This document shows positions 21,584 to 33,338 of a stretch of 64,000 bases of DNA, one piece after another. This DNA comes from Mayamaea pseudoterrestris (Eukaryota), in NCBI GenBank assembly GCA_027923505.1, contig BROI01000015.1, positions 1 through 64,000 on the forward strand, given 5' to 3'. Position 1 is the first letter of the stretch; every line of letters starts with the position of its first letter. Under the pieces are notes generated by a model that was not told where the DNA came from, searched no databases, and saw only the letters and a list, made by a program, of their open reading frames with translations. Position numbers and translations under genes: made by a program.

Positions 21584-22353
21584 CTTTTTACATTGACGAA
21601 GAATGTAGATAAGCTTTAACGACTTTTGTCATGATGTTCTGATGAAGCGACGGACGTGGCAATATTTAAATAATGCGAGCGATATGAGTTTGCGAGTTTG
21701 TAGTTTGTAATATGTAATTTTCTTTGTAACTTCTTTTATCTCTTTAGAGCAACAAGTGCGACTTTGCTAGTAGCAGGTGTCATTGTCATGACTGGCATGA
21801 CCTCGTTGCGGAATGGTTCGACGAGTCCTTGGCGGATGAGGCCAGGCTAGCACGATTAAGCTCGTTTCGGCTTGTATATATTCGTTACAAAGACTCATTT
21901 GACTGCTTCTACAAGTCGAATTCTATGTTGTAAAACCTCTTTTGTCGAAACGGGATGGCGGATGGAGATGGAGCATGGAACAGTTTTCACCAGACCGTCC
22001 TACGGCGGCTTCATGAGACATTTCGAGAAAGATGAGACTCGGATAGTTAAGTCAAGTGTGGATATATAAGCGGAGCACACGACTTTGGCTAGCAACCGCT
22101 CTCGATTCTCGATTCTCGAAGGACAATCAGGACAATGATGATGATCAACCCGAGCAACGTGATGCGGAAAGTTGTGTAACTACGTTTGGCCGCCCGGCTC
22201 TCGAAACCGATCGCTCCGGTACTCAACCGGTACTAGATGTAGCAATGGACAGACGCAGCCAACGTGAACCGTCGACTCAAGGAAATCGAAACGCCATGCG
22301 CAATTCGTGGAGCAGGTGAGCCCTTGTTCGTCCTACGTAGTTCTAAAATAACC

Positions 22354-23523
22354 ATGGCGGTTTCTTCCGCCCTCGTCAACGTATCGGATGACGCCGAGGT
22401 CCGTTTAGTCGCTCTACTGGCAGAAGCCGCTCCCACCGACTTGATCAGCCCAGCGTTTGCGCAGGATTGTCAAGCATCCATCGAAGCGGGCAAGGCTGGA
22501 CCGTTGCTCGAAACGATCCTCAAAGACAAGGGCGCTGTGGCAGCATTGCTGGTTTTACAACCAAAATATGACGCTGTTTCGGCTTTATCTCTACTTGCAG
22601 CGCTAATGGAGCGGGAACGGCGATCGATTCATGATTTAGTGAACGCCTTGATGACGGCGGATTTACCGGACACAGCGGAGCGAAAAATGACGCTTCTATC
22701 AGTTCTGTACAATATGCGATCAAATGCAACGGAAAAGATACATCTTCTGCAACAAATGTATCAGCTAGCGGGTGAATCATGCCGTCGATTGCTGGAGGAA
22801 GATCAAGCTTTGGGGGCCATGTTGGCGGGTCGATCGACACCGACAATTGTTAGCATGCTGGACGATTGGAACATCACAGATCGTCGGGAACTATACAGAA
22901 CGATTGCAGACGTGACATGCGATGAAAGAAAACAAAAATTTCTCTTGCTATTGATTGAGTCTTATCCTGATGCGGGCGATGCAGCCAAGGAAGCTGCCAT
23001 TGGAGCTATTCGCGATCCTGTCTCTCTGTTTGTGCAGCAACGAACTTTACTATCACTTCCTGCAATTGAGACATTGAAGAAGAACAATGCACTTTTGTAT
23101 GGCTTACTGCAGGTGTTTCAAGAAGGGAACCTTTCCGACTACCAAGCATTTTTGAAAGCTCAAGGTGGTGAAACGACGATACTCTCGTCATTCGGGCTGA
23201 ACGCCGATGCGTGTATGCGCAACATGAGAATTCTGAGCTTATGCTCGCTCGCCTCCGAGTACGAGGAGATTCCTTACTCAAAGGTCGCAGAGACGCTTCA
23301 GCTGCCGTCCGATTTTGAAGTCGAGTCGTGGGTCATTGCAGCCATGTCGAGCGGGCTGTTGCAGGCAAAGATGGACCAGCTTCGACACATGGTCATGGTG
23401 GAGCGCTGCGTGGTTCGTCGGTTCAATTTGGAGCAATGGAAGGCTTTACAGAGACGGCTTGCTGACTTGAAGCAGAATATCGGTAGTGTCCTGCGAGGTT
23501 TGAAAGATGCCGATCCTGTCTAA
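22354..23523 (+). CDS. eIF3m: Translation initiation factor 3 subunit M (PCI domain)
   Basis: C-terminal MRILSLCSLA...EIPYSKVA...VESWVI...GLLQAKMDQ...RRFNLEQW is typical of the eIF3m PCI domain. Confidence 0.85.
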   Translation: MAVSSALVNVSDDAEVRLVALLAEAAPTDLISPAFAQDCQASIEAGKAGPLLETILKDKGAVAALLVLQPKYDAVSALSLLAALMERERRSIHDLVNALMTADLPDTAERKMTLLSVLYNMRSNATEKIHLLQQMYQLAGESCRRLLEEDQALGAMLAGRSTPTIVSMLDDWNITDRRELYRTIADVTCDERKQKFLLLLIESYPDAGDAAKEAAIGAIRDPVSLFVQQRTLLSLPAIETLKKNNALLYGLLQVFQEGNLSDYQAFLKAQGGETTILSSFGLNADACMRNMRILSLCSLASEYEEIPYSKVAETLQLPSDFEVESWVIAAMSSGLLQAKMDQLRHMVMVERCVVRRFNLEQWKALQRRLADLKQNIGSVLRGLKDADPV

Positions 23524-23646
23524 TTTACACGAGCGAATAGAGATCGAATTTGCATTTTGCTAAAGTAGGATTTGGCACAACAGATTTACTTGTAGTATAC
23601 AGCTATCTTCGATCGCTGGCAGCGCGATGGAATAAGGTGCCAACGT

Positions 23647-24864
23647 CTACCACCTTGACTCGCTGGTAAAACGAAATTTAGGGAAGCCAATGGAAAAGTC
23701 CGAAAAGAAACCCAGATCCACGTAAACGTCTGTAAAAAAGTGGCCGACTGGGAGAACCGTCAGAAGTACGAGTACTGTCCGCAATGGCATAGGCAAATTC
23801 TTCGCCATCCATCGAATTATAGGCGTGTCGCGGAGGAACTGCTCTAGGATGAGGACGACGGCGTTCCAAGTAAAGAAGATTAGATGAAGCCCATAAATTG
23901 GATTCTGATTGTTTCTGAATGTCATGACATGTATCAGATATTCGTGCAGTAAGCCACTAGCTGCAAAGCATGCCAGAGCCGCCACTGGTCTCGAGTATCC
24001 TTGTTTGCGTACAGGGATAAAGACGCCCCGCTTGAGCGCGCTCGAAACAACTACGTTCCATCGCTTCCCCCAGAAGTCACTCGGACTTGCGGACGCCGTC
24101 ATCGGTGAGTTATTAAGATCAAGAGTGCGGAGGCCACTGAGAAGGGAGGTGGCCAATCCAACGCCTAGTGATCCCACTTCAAGGCCCAAACTGGTCAGAT
24201 ATGCCATGAGAAAATTGTTGCAAATATTGCCGACACGAAAAACGTCTAACAATCCCGATTTCTCCGTTGAATCAAAATAACGATAATCTTTTGGGAGTAG
24301 CAGGCTATATAGCACTGATGCAAAGACAAAGCTCCGCATATACTTGAAGATTTGGCCAAAAATGTAGTCCGAGGAAATTGGTATCGTTGTCTCTAATTCC
24401 TTGTCAAATGCAAACTGAATGACAACGGAATAGTACCAGAGATACATGTTTTGACTCTTGGTAGCAAAGGCTGGACTACAATCGTGCATGGCTTCAATGC
24501 AGCGAAAGAATAGTAGTGTGACTCCAGCTGCCGATCCCATTCGGAGCGCCATATTCGTGAGTTGCAGAATGTCGATGAACAGATACGGCAAACAGACTAG
24601 AAGAGGACAAATGATTCCATACCCGAGAATGTATGAAGCTGTCGAACCTCTGCGCAGTACAATGTACTTGTAGACAATGAGACCGACGGCAACGTTCATG
24701 ATGGACTGCACCAAAATTAGCGCGACGAGCTGCTGCCACAATGAGGCGTGAAACCCGGCCGCAATGAGTGAGCCATAGTTGGGGACGGACAGGACGAGAT
24801 CAATGCGGTCTGGATCAGAATCTTCGAACCTTAAATCCCTCGGGCGTATCGCGGCGAGGGTCAT
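23647..24864 (-). CDS. Membrane-bound O-acyltransferase (wax synthase-like, MBOAT_2)
   Basis: Multiple hydrophobic helices; SPSDFWGKRWN and FAASGLLHEY motifs. Confidence 0.85.
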   Translation of the reverse strand: MTLAAIRPRDLRFEDSDPDRIDLVLSVPNYGSLIAAGFHASLWQQLVALILVQSIMNVAVGLIVYKYIVLRRGSTASYILGYGIICPLLVCLPYLFIDILQLTNMALRMGSAAGVTLLFFRCIEAMHDCSPAFATKSQNMYLWYYSVVIQFAFDKELETTIPISSDYIFGQIFKYMRSFVFASVLYSLLLPKDYRYFDSTEKSGLLDVFRVGNICNNFLMAYLTSLGLEVGSLGVGLATSLLSGLRTLDLNNSPMTASASPSDFWGKRWNVVVSSALKRGVFIPVRKQGYSRPVAALACFAASGLLHEYLIHVMTFRNNQNPIYGLHLIFFTWNAVVLILEQFLRDTPIIRWMAKNLPMPLRTVLVLLTVLPVGHFFTDVYVDLGFFSDFSIGFPKFRFTSESRW

Positions 24865-25133
24865 GGTGATGGAGGGTCGTCGTCTAGCGTTTATGCTGTA
24901 GTGCCAGAGAGAGGACAGCCATCAACACCATCATTTCGAAAATTGAGATGCCGATGGTGAGGAAGCCGCCCCGCGCGCAATGAGAAACGATACGACACAG
25001 TGAAAGCATCGGAGAAACCTCACAGTCGACCATGGACATTGAAATACCGGTACCGTCACTGGTCAACGCAGCCAGAAGTATAATCACTGCTCATTAGTGG
25101 ATAAGAAGCTACTGTCTTGCGAACCTTTCCGTA

Positions 25134-26267
25134 ATGTCTTATCGGAAACAAACTAATGAAGTGATCAATTTATGCTCAGATGATGAAGGCGACGACACGG
25201 CTGCCTCCTCACTTATTTCTAGCGTGCTCAAACACCAAGGGAAAGAGAAACGTGCGGATAAGGAGACAATCAACAACAAGCGCCGACGCGTATCGTCTGC
25301 AAAACCAGTGATATTTCTCATGCCAGACGATAAAGTTGAAACAACTGATCTCTCGCAGCTACTCCTCCAACATGCTCTGACGATGAACGACTCGGCAATC
25401 ATTTGCAACTCAGCTGCGCATCCATTGCAGCTGTATCACATCAGACAACAGGATCACTGGTCTTGTGGATTTCGTAACTTACAAATGACCTTGATTGGTA
25501 TTTTGTCCATACTGCCCGATGACCACGAATACTTCTACGACCGACCCAAACTGGACGGGGAATTAGTCAAAATACCTACGCTGCTTAATGTTCAGCACCT
25601 CATGGAGCAAGCTTGGCTGGATGGATGGGACAGGAATGGAGCGAAGCATTATCAAGGAATGTTGGCGCACAAAAAGGTATGGATTGGAGCCGTCGAAGTT
25701 GCCAGCGCAATGGGGTGTCTGCACATAGATGCCACCGTCGTTCAGTTCATACAATGTTCCGCCTCGCGAAGTCTACTCGGGCCATTCTGCTACAACTATT
25801 TTCGAAAGAGAGCCGGATGCAATATTTGTCTAAGCAGATCAAGTCGACAATGCGCTGTGGAGACGCTGCGGACAACCGAGTCGAGAGATGACCATTCAAT
25901 TGGGGTAGCTTGTTCGTGCTCCTGTTCAGTGCTGCCTTTGTATCTACAATGGGAAGGACACTCTGTGACAATAGTTGGAGTTGAGCTGAATCGCGAGATG
26001 CTCGTTTCGCATTTTATTGTTCTAGATCCAATGAAGTGCGGCCAAAGCTTTACCAAGAGTCTCCAGCAAGGACATTTCAACCCACTTCGAAAGCCGGTCG
26101 GGTCCCTGCTGCAGCGCAACTCACAGCTAATTGTATGCTCCACCAAAGTTATGACTAACGCGGAGCGTGAACTGATGAAGCAAACAAAAAACTGCATCAC
26201 GGCTGCCGAACGTGCAGTGGAACTGTCACATCGAACATCCAAGAAAGGGCGCGTGGTAGACTCATAA
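25134..26267 (+). CDS. ZUFSP/Mug105-like peptidase C78 (deubiquitinase-like)
   Basis: DHWSCGFRNLQM (catalytic Cys), KVWIGAVE, LYLQWEGHSVTIVG (His) and LDP (Asp). Confidence 0.82.
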   Translation: MSYRKQTNEVINLCSDDEGDDTAASSLISSVLKHQGKEKRADKETINNKRRRVSSAKPVIFLMPDDKVETTDLSQLLLQHALTMNDSAIICNSAAHPLQLYHIRQQDHWSCGFRNLQMTLIGILSILPDDHEYFYDRPKLDGELVKIPTLLNVQHLMEQAWLDGWDRNGAKHYQGMLAHKKVWIGAVEVASAMGCLHIDATVVQFIQCSASRSLLGPFCYNYFRKRAGCNICLSRSSRQCAVETLRTTESRDDHSIGVACSCSCSVLPLYLQWEGHSVTIVGVELNREMLVSHFIVLDPMKCGQSFTKSLQQGHFNPLRKPVGSLLQRNSQLIVCSTKVMTNAERELMKQTKNCITAAERAVELSHRTSKKGRVVDS

Positions 26268-26772
26268 TACAGCGATGAAAAATCATGGATGATTTGCTTA
26301 CGCATTTACTTTAATTTGGAAGCGGTCATTACGTTTTTAGTACCATATCGTCCTTACGGTATAAATCAATTCTACTGCAAATCAATCGCGCTGGCTCTCT
26401 ACAAACAGGCACTGTAGTTGACAGCCTCAAGCGGTACGCCCACCGGAGTCACGCTTTGGTCAGTGCCGGAGCGATTAAAATGGTCGGTCATGCCAAGTCA
26501 TAGTCATAGTGACCGGTCATTTCCGAGTTACTGCCGCCTCTCGATCGTCTTCATCGCCTCGTTGCGGCCTACGTTTCGACACACAACATCAAGACATTGT
26601 CCAACTTGCTTCTGCTCTCACAGTCCCTTGCTGTATCTGCATCACAAGTTTGCTACGCACGAGACGCTAGACACAAGAGAGTCGTCGTTTTGGAAATCAT
26701 ACTTGCTTTCCGATTCCGAAACCTCAGCTTCACAAACTTAACAAGACTCGTTTCAAGACATCGTTGGTAATC

Positions 26773-27120
26773 ATGAACAACCGATCGGGTGAACAGTTGC
26801 TTTCTCCTGCTGGTGGCGGTGCTCCTGCTGGAAAGAGATCGTCTGCTATCATGCAGCCTGGTGTCGGCATGGGAGCCATACTTGCCGGTTTGGATGACGA
26901 TGACTATGATTCGGAAGATGATGCTGGACCGCCTCCTGCCGCTGCCCCTCGCCCAGCCCCTGCGCAGGGAGCTGTGAACAACCATCGTCCGTACGTTGGA
27001 GGTTTTGCTGCTGCTGCTTTTGAAGCTGCTCGCGCCAGTGCTACCACTTCGGCCGCCAAGAAAGAGGACAAGAAGAAGAAGGCCAGCAGCAGCGGTCAAG
27101 GATCTCGACGACCTGCCTAA
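26773..27120 (+). CDS. Small hypothetical low-complexity protein
   Basis: ATG-started 115-aa ORF filling the gap between two genes; acidic, Pro/Ala and Lys tracts. Confidence 0.6.
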   Translation: MNNRSGEQLLSPAGGGAPAGKRSSAIMQPGVGMGAILAGLDDDDYDSEDDAGPPPAAAPRPAPAQGAVNNHRPYVGGFAAAAFEAARASATTSAAKKEDKKKKASSSGQGSRRPA

Positions 27121-27475
27121 GTGGCACGTAGTATATGGAACGAGGAACTGTGTGGACAGTAGGTTTTATAACGTGGTTTGCTTTGGCCTAATTTAAGTGA
27201 GACTTGGTTACTATGAGGATGATAGTTATCGAGTATGTTTATTAGTAGAGCGATGTTAAACATAACAGAATAGTCTTTGTAGCTGTGTGCGAGTAAGCAA
27301 AGCGCAAAGCGTCCATGTAGATCATTCATTAGTGAGTCTCGGAGTGACATGACAATAACCACCATCTCGACCGCATGGGCACTGCACAATCTGCACATGG
27401 ACGCTGGCGCGAGTATAGTTCGTTAAACCCTTAAATCATTGTATCGACGCATTGTGATTATTATTCATAGATGCC

Positions 27476-29242
27476 ATGACGACAATCAAGCGACAATCAG
27501 CCTCCCGCGATGGAAGTCCGCTGCGCATGCTCGCTCTCTTTCTTGTCCTATTCATGGTTGTACTCTACCTGGCACTTCCAAGCTCGTATGAGACGGTTGC
27601 CATGGAGAAAATGTTTCACGGTCAAAATTCCACCGGAGTTATACGCCAAGGTATCCGATCCGTTGTAGCCCTTCGCCGCGAGCAGTTGAGTCATGCACTC
27701 AAACACTTGACGGACGGCGGCGTGCCGCAACGATTGCGAACGTTGCGCGACAAACATCAAGTTGTAGGCGAGCGTCTTGGCGAAGTCAAGGCGGGCAAAG
27801 AGACAGTGGAAGAGATTTTACATGGAGCCGATATGTCGCACCATTTGTCTAGCAAACCGCCCATGACACTTGATGAAATTGTCAGTTACTTGGACCGGTG
27901 GATTCATTCCCTTCATGAGATTCTTGGTGAATACAAGACTGCTACTTTTGATCAAATTTGGCAAGCCTACCATGATCTGGCTGTCAAGACTCTCTTTCCT
28001 TGGGACCAGGATTACTTGAGCCGCATGCCTCCCCGTCGCGAGGACGGTAGTGTTTTCTTGTCGCTCGCCACGTATCGAGATGAGAATTGCTTCAACACAA
28101 TTTACAACGCATACGCAAAGGCCAAGCACCCAGAGAAGCTATTCGTTGGTCTGACGCAGCAAAACTGTCACAAAGACTGCAAATCTGGTGTACTGGCGAA
28201 CCTCAGTATGGTGATAGTTCCTCCAGACGATGACTGCTACGCCAAATTTTGCGAAACCGCGCTGGGGAAACCAATTTGCGTAAATAAGCAGGTCCGAGTA
28301 TTAAACATTGACGAGCCCGAGAGTCTAGGTCCGTATGCGGCGCGTTATTTTACTAGCAAAATGTGGTATGGCGAGGAATGGTTCATGCAAACGGATGCGC
28401 ATATGACATTTGCGACAGACTGGGATGCTATTTCTATCGAAATGCTTAAGAAGGCACCGTCGGATAAACCCGTCTTGAGCCACTATCCTCCTTCGCACCT
28501 CATTGATCTAGATAAACGAAAAACTACGGCAGCGAGTCGTCTCTGTGGCCCTGTCTTTGCGACTTCAGATCTCGAATCGCAAATCATTCGTCTCGAAGGC
28601 GCTGGCAATTTTGACAAGAAAAAGCTTCCTCAACCAGGCTTTGCGCCTTTTACTGCCGCTGGCTACTTCGTGGCTCATAGCCGATTCCTCTCTGAGGTTC
28701 CATTTGATCCCTTTCTTCCTTGGATTTTCATGGGCGAAGAAATTATCATGTCGTCTCGTTTGTGGACGGCAGGGTACGACATTTTCAGTCCGACGATGTC
28801 TGTTGTCGGGCACATGTATGTGCGACGCCACAAGCCCAAATTCTGGGAATCGGTGCACAGAGCATTTACCTTTGGAGGTAAACAATTTACTTGTTGTGAA
28901 TCAGGCGATTAAATTCAATATCTCACGCTGCACCATTCTCGTTTAGTCCACAACCCGCTTCAAAGCCTGGTTTTGGATCGCGTCAAGTACCAGCTGGGCT
29001 ATCCAGAGGCAGCAAAAGACTTTTTGAGGTATAAAAGTGTATTGACCGCGGTGGAAAAGTACTCGATGGGGACGGCTCGGCCATTGGCGGACTATTTGCA
29101 CATAGTGGGTCTCAACATGACGACTAAAGAAGTCGACGGAAACATGCGGTGGTGCGAAACTGGAGTGCCTCCGCCGGGCTTTGAACAATACAATCATTTG
29201 TACCCTGCTGCGAGCCTTGAGCGGGAAAGTATTATACAGTGA
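27476..29242 (+). CDS. GT60/Gnt1-like N-acetylglucosaminyltransferase, type II membrane, 2 exons (intron 28878-28946)
   Basis: N-terminal TM helix; VFLSLATYRD, GPYAARY, QTDAHMTF, LSHYPP and PFDPFLPWIFMGEE motifs. The intron joins exon 2 in frame. Confidence 0.85.
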
Positions 29243-29356
29243 TCACAGCAACCATATATCTGATAGAGTAGGTGTTTTATATGACGCATTAGTAAGGAAA
29301 AGTACGCAAACCTTTTTCTGAAAACCTTTAGCACAGCACTATTATCATAAATGGCT

Positions 29357-31441
29357 CTACATATCAGATACCTTCTTGGCGAGCTGCAATTTGCGTCGAT
29401 AAGTGCGCCACATTTTCTGTCGCCGCCGGTTTTGAATACCTTGATCGTCGTCATCTTCGACGAAAAGGGAGTCAGAGGTTGAACAATCGATGCTATTCCC
29501 GTCCACTGTGTTAGCATTGATCGACACTTCGTCAGATTCATCTTCTCCAAGCAGACCACTCCAAAACTCCTCTGCTACCACGTCGAATAAGTACGCGCAA
29601 TCATACCAGACCTCCTCCAAATTGGTTGCAATAGATGGACCGTCAGATCCTGACATTTTCTGGCGGATCTCCTCATCTTTCTGCTTCCAATAAGCAACAA
29701 CATGCACATGGGTAAGAGAAGCGTTCCGTGTCTCAACAATCTGGTTCCATAGGTTCAGAGAGCGCCTTACCTTGAACGTAAAGTATTGTTCCCGCTGGCC
29801 ATGTTCTGCATCGTCAATTGCCGAGTCATCCTCATAAACTCCAACAGCACCATCAATAACTTTTTTATCCTCGAATTCGATCTTTCGCGCCACTGACGAT
29901 TCATCAAACTGAAAGCGCACCGATCGTCCATCGTGCAAAGCCTTGCCTATCGCCAGGCCACGATGCATATTGCCTTCACTGCGGCAACGACTAATTGGCG
30001 AGGATTCATCATGCGACTCGACTCGTACAAAAGTTGCACTATCGACACTCGCGTGCTGATTGCTGAAAGACAAGCCATTCGTCTTTATATCTTCTGTACT
30101 TCCATCGTCACGCCACAACTTCCGGTCCGCAACAGACGACGATTCAAGTTCCTGAACACTGACAGGAGACTTTTGATAGTATTTGACGTCGAAGGGAGAC
30201 TCATTCTCGTCGTCAGGTGAATTTGGTGGATAATCGTGGTCTACTGTGATCAGGCTATTCTTCTCACTATCCAGCTTGTGGCCTCTTGGTTCAAACACTG
30301 GGCGACTCAACGAGTCCATCGTGGCCATGAGGCAATCCGAAACCGTGGACTTAGTGTCTGAAAGAGCTGGCGCTGTAGTAACCGCAATATCATATTCCGG
30401 CGCCACGAACATGTTAATAGCCGCGAGAATCTCGTGCATGGCCACATCCTCGCCCGACTTTGCCTGGATTGGAACGGAGGAAACTTTGGCTTTGGGGTAG
30501 TAATCATCTTCCGTTGGTAGAAACATGGGCGAGTCTTCGGGGTCGGGACGTTTAACGCTAATGTTACTCGAGGCATTGGCGGAGACACGACGAATGATAT
30601 GGACAACGTCAATGCCTTCATCCTTTGCGCCAGGCACGAGGTGCTCGGGTGGGTCTACCTCCGCATATTTATCGTTGTCGCATTTAAATAGATCTCGACG
30701 ATACTCAATGAAAGACTTACTCGGAAGCTTTTTGCGTGGTTTAACAAGCGAGTCGTCACGTTCAAGCATCTCGGGGGGACTGTTTGTGCTGGTAGTCACA
30801 GGAGCCGTCGCAGTTACCGGTAGTGAAGCTGCGGCTGTGTGCTCGGCCATGCGCCGCTTCATCTTTTCAGACATGAGTTTGCTTCGAAGGTCCTCCAGAA
30901 TTTCCATGTTTGAGGTGATGGGAGTGTACTCTTGAGTCGTGGCGAGATTAAAAGCTCTTGCGGGCGATGCTGACAAAGCCATGTTGTTATTCGCGTTGGT
31001 CGTAACTGCTGCAGCGTTTAAGGGGACGGCTGGGTCGTGCTTCACCCCAACATTCAATCCGCCTTCAATAAATACCGTTCCTTTTTCCCAAGGGACTTCC
31101 ACGGACGGATTGCAATAGTCTGCCTTAATTGAATCCACAACGTTTTGCTCACTATTAGCTGTTGGAGTGGCAGATTTTTCCACCGCCTCTCTGCTACGGC
31201 TACAATGGCTTTTGGTCAAAATCCGGACTTGGTTGATAGAATTATCCAGGTTCTCCGCAATGACGCTGCTTCCGGAGGTCTTTTTGTTTTCAGCGAACGC
31301 GTCAGATTCGATGCGGTTCATGAGTTTGACTCGTAAGGGTGGCCGAATTGGCTCGCGTTTTGTCGAACCATTCTCCGTCGAGCGTTTGCGCCAAAACAAA
31401 AATGGCGGCATTGACTTGCTGGAAAGGAGGAGGAGACTCAT
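29357..31441 (-). CDS. Hypothetical low-complexity protein (about 690 aa)
   Basis: Long uninterrupted ORF, Ser/Asp/Glu-rich, no recognisable domain. Confidence 0.7.
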   Translation of the reverse strand: MSLLLLSSKSMPPFLFWRKRSTENGSTKREPIRPPLRVKLMNRIESDAFAENKKTSGSSVIAENLDNSINQVRILTKSHCSRSREAVEKSATPTANSEQNVVDSIKADYCNPSVEVPWEKGTVFIEGGLNVGVKHDPAVPLNAAAVTTNANNNMALSASPARAFNLATTQEYTPITSNMEILEDLRSKLMSEKMKRRMAEHTAAASLPVTATAPVTTSTNSPPEMLERDDSLVKPRKKLPSKSFIEYRRDLFKCDNDKYAEVDPPEHLVPGAKDEGIDVVHIIRRVSANASSNISVKRPDPEDSPMFLPTEDDYYPKAKVSSVPIQAKSGEDVAMHEILAAINMFVAPEYDIAVTTAPALSDTKSTVSDCLMATMDSLSRPVFEPRGHKLDSEKNSLITVDHDYPPNSPDDENESPFDVKYYQKSPVSVQELESSSVADRKLWRDDGSTEDIKTNGLSFSNQHASVDSATFVRVESHDESSPISRCRSEGNMHRGLAIGKALHDGRSVRFQFDESSVARKIEFEDKKVIDGAVGVYEDDSAIDDAEHGQREQYFTFKVRRSLNLWNQIVETRNASLTHVHVVAYWKQKDEEIRQKMSGSDGPSIATNLEEVWYDCAYLFDVVAEEFWSGLLGEDESDEVSINANTVDGNSIDCSTSDSLFVEDDDDQGIQNRRRQKMWRTYRRKLQLAKKVSDM

Positions 31442-32026
31442 GCTTTTGTTCAATCGAAATACCGCTAGACTCTTTCGCAATTGCACTCTTGCGTTTTTGT
31501 AATTCCTTTGGCAGCGTGGGAAGCAGACACGCTAGGAAATCCGTCCGGTACGAGAATAACAAAGTGGATCATGGTCGACGTTTCAACAAACCGGTAGCCG
31601 GCTCGCGCGAAACTGTCCGTTCATGTCCGGCGCACTTTGCCATTCGACGATTTGAATTATGTGCTGCGGTTAGCTAGCGGAGCTTTATCTCAGTTTGGAA
31701 CGATACCAGTAGATGATGCAAAAATACTCGGTCGCCTTCCAACAGCAAAAAGGCAAACTTTGTGGAAGCTGGCTGATGGAGCGTCGTGCTGGGTTCATTC
31801 CCAATGGGAGCGATTTGCTCGCTCTTGGGAGGGCTTATATCAAATGACTCATCAGCCACGTCGGATTATCCCCAGCCATCCATTTTTCGGACTGGAAAGG
31901 ATCGGGAAATGACGAGTGCCAGAACGACAGTGTTGACAGCCATTCGCAACGCCGCTCGATCAACCATGCAGAATCGTCTGGTCTCGTCGTTAAAACCTGC
32001 CATCGTTGAACTGAACTAGCACCATC

Positions 32027-33199
32027 ATGTATAATGGCATCGGACTCTCTTCTTCCCGCGGGACTGCGACATCAGGTCATGTACAGAAAAGCAGGGGCCA
32101 CGTCAACAGTCAGCGACAACGCCGAACAATGGAACGCAACGCTCGAGACGGTCCGCAGCGGTCGCATAACATCGTTTCTTCGGCTGCAAGAGAACAAGGA
32201 AATTTGGAATTGCAGCTCCATGAAAGAAAGCGTCAACTGGAGAATCAGCTTCTGATTTTGCGAGAAGAGATGGAGGAAGAAGGACTTGTTGATGAAGAAA
32301 TTAAAACAACGATTCTGAAGCGTCGAGAGGAAGCTTATGATCAATGGAGGTTAGAGGAGAAACGAAATGCGGAGAAACGAAAAACAACTCAACATCAAGG
32401 TGCAGCTATGGAAAGTGTTGATGCAAGAAAATCAGCAACTCCGGTGAATACGGTCGCTTTGCAGGTGATGGGAAGACAGTCTCCTGCGCGAGCCTGTTTC
32501 AATTGTGGGGAAGGTGGCCATATCGCTCGCCAATGTCCGCATCCCCGACAGGAGCGATCGCAGCGCACCGCACAAACGCAGGTTTTAGATCTCTTATATA
32601 AGCAAGAGGAGAACCAAAAATTAGCGCGAGCACTAGGTATCCAACCGGACCAGCATCGGGAAGGTGTCGCCTTTGACAGAGATTTTCAAGAACTAAGACG
32701 ACTTGAGCGCAAAAAGGAACGAGAACAAATACTAAAAATGGAAGAAAAAGAAAACCAACGACAGCGCAAGCTGAAGAGGCGCGAAGCCAAGAAAACGAAA
32801 CCTGTAAAGAAACGACGATGCCGGTCTCCCAGTCCAAGCTCGAGCGACGTCTTGTCTCGGCCGTCCATCTCGTCTTCATCATCATCATCGTCGTCGTCAT
32901 CCTTCTCTTCCGCTTCTACTCATAAAAATTCGAGACGCAGTGGGAGGAGGCGTCGATACTATAGTTCGTCAAGCGCTGAATCAAGTTCATCGGGATCGTC
33001 TCGGAGTCATTCATGCAGCCCAACTGCCAGCGATCATTATCCTCCTACTCGTGGCCGAGATAAAACGATTGATGCATCAAAAAAAGGAAATTCTAGCAGC
33101 GCTCATTCAGTGTCTTCCTCTGGATCGTCTTCGTTCGAGTCCAGTGCTTCGCGGTCGCGCAGCCGATCGAGTCGCCTGTCGAATTTCAAGCGACGTTAA
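32027..33199 (+). CDS. CWC21: Cwc21/SRRM2-like splicing factor with CCHC knuckle and RS-rich tail
   Basis: Diagnostic start MYNGIGLSSSRGTATSGHVQ, HERKRQLE cwf21 motif, CFNCGEGGHIARQC and a Ser/Arg-rich C-terminus. Confidence 0.85.
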   Translation: MYNGIGLSSSRGTATSGHVQKSRGHVNSQRQRRTMERNARDGPQRSHNIVSSAAREQGNLELQLHERKRQLENQLLILREEMEEEGLVDEEIKTTILKRREEAYDQWRLEEKRNAEKRKTTQHQGAAMESVDARKSATPVNTVALQVMGRQSPARACFNCGEGGHIARQCPHPRQERSQRTAQTQVLDLLYKQEENQKLARALGIQPDQHREGVAFDRDFQELRRLERKKEREQILKMEEKENQRQRKLKRREAKKTKPVKKRRCRSPSPSSSDVLSRPSISSSSSSSSSSSFSSASTHKNSRRSGRRRRYYSSSSAESSSSGSSRSHSCSPTASDHYPPTRGRDKTIDASKKGNSSSAHSVSSSGSSSFESSASRSRSRSSRLSNFKRR

Positions 33200-33338
33200 A
33201 GACAATGCAATAACTAATGTTACGATGATTTATGTTATGCGTGCTTCTAATTCAATATTGACTACCGAAGTTTAATGATTAATCTATCGCACCTTTTAAC
33301 GGCCTTTGCAGCACATTGAATAACAATGTAGCAGAAAA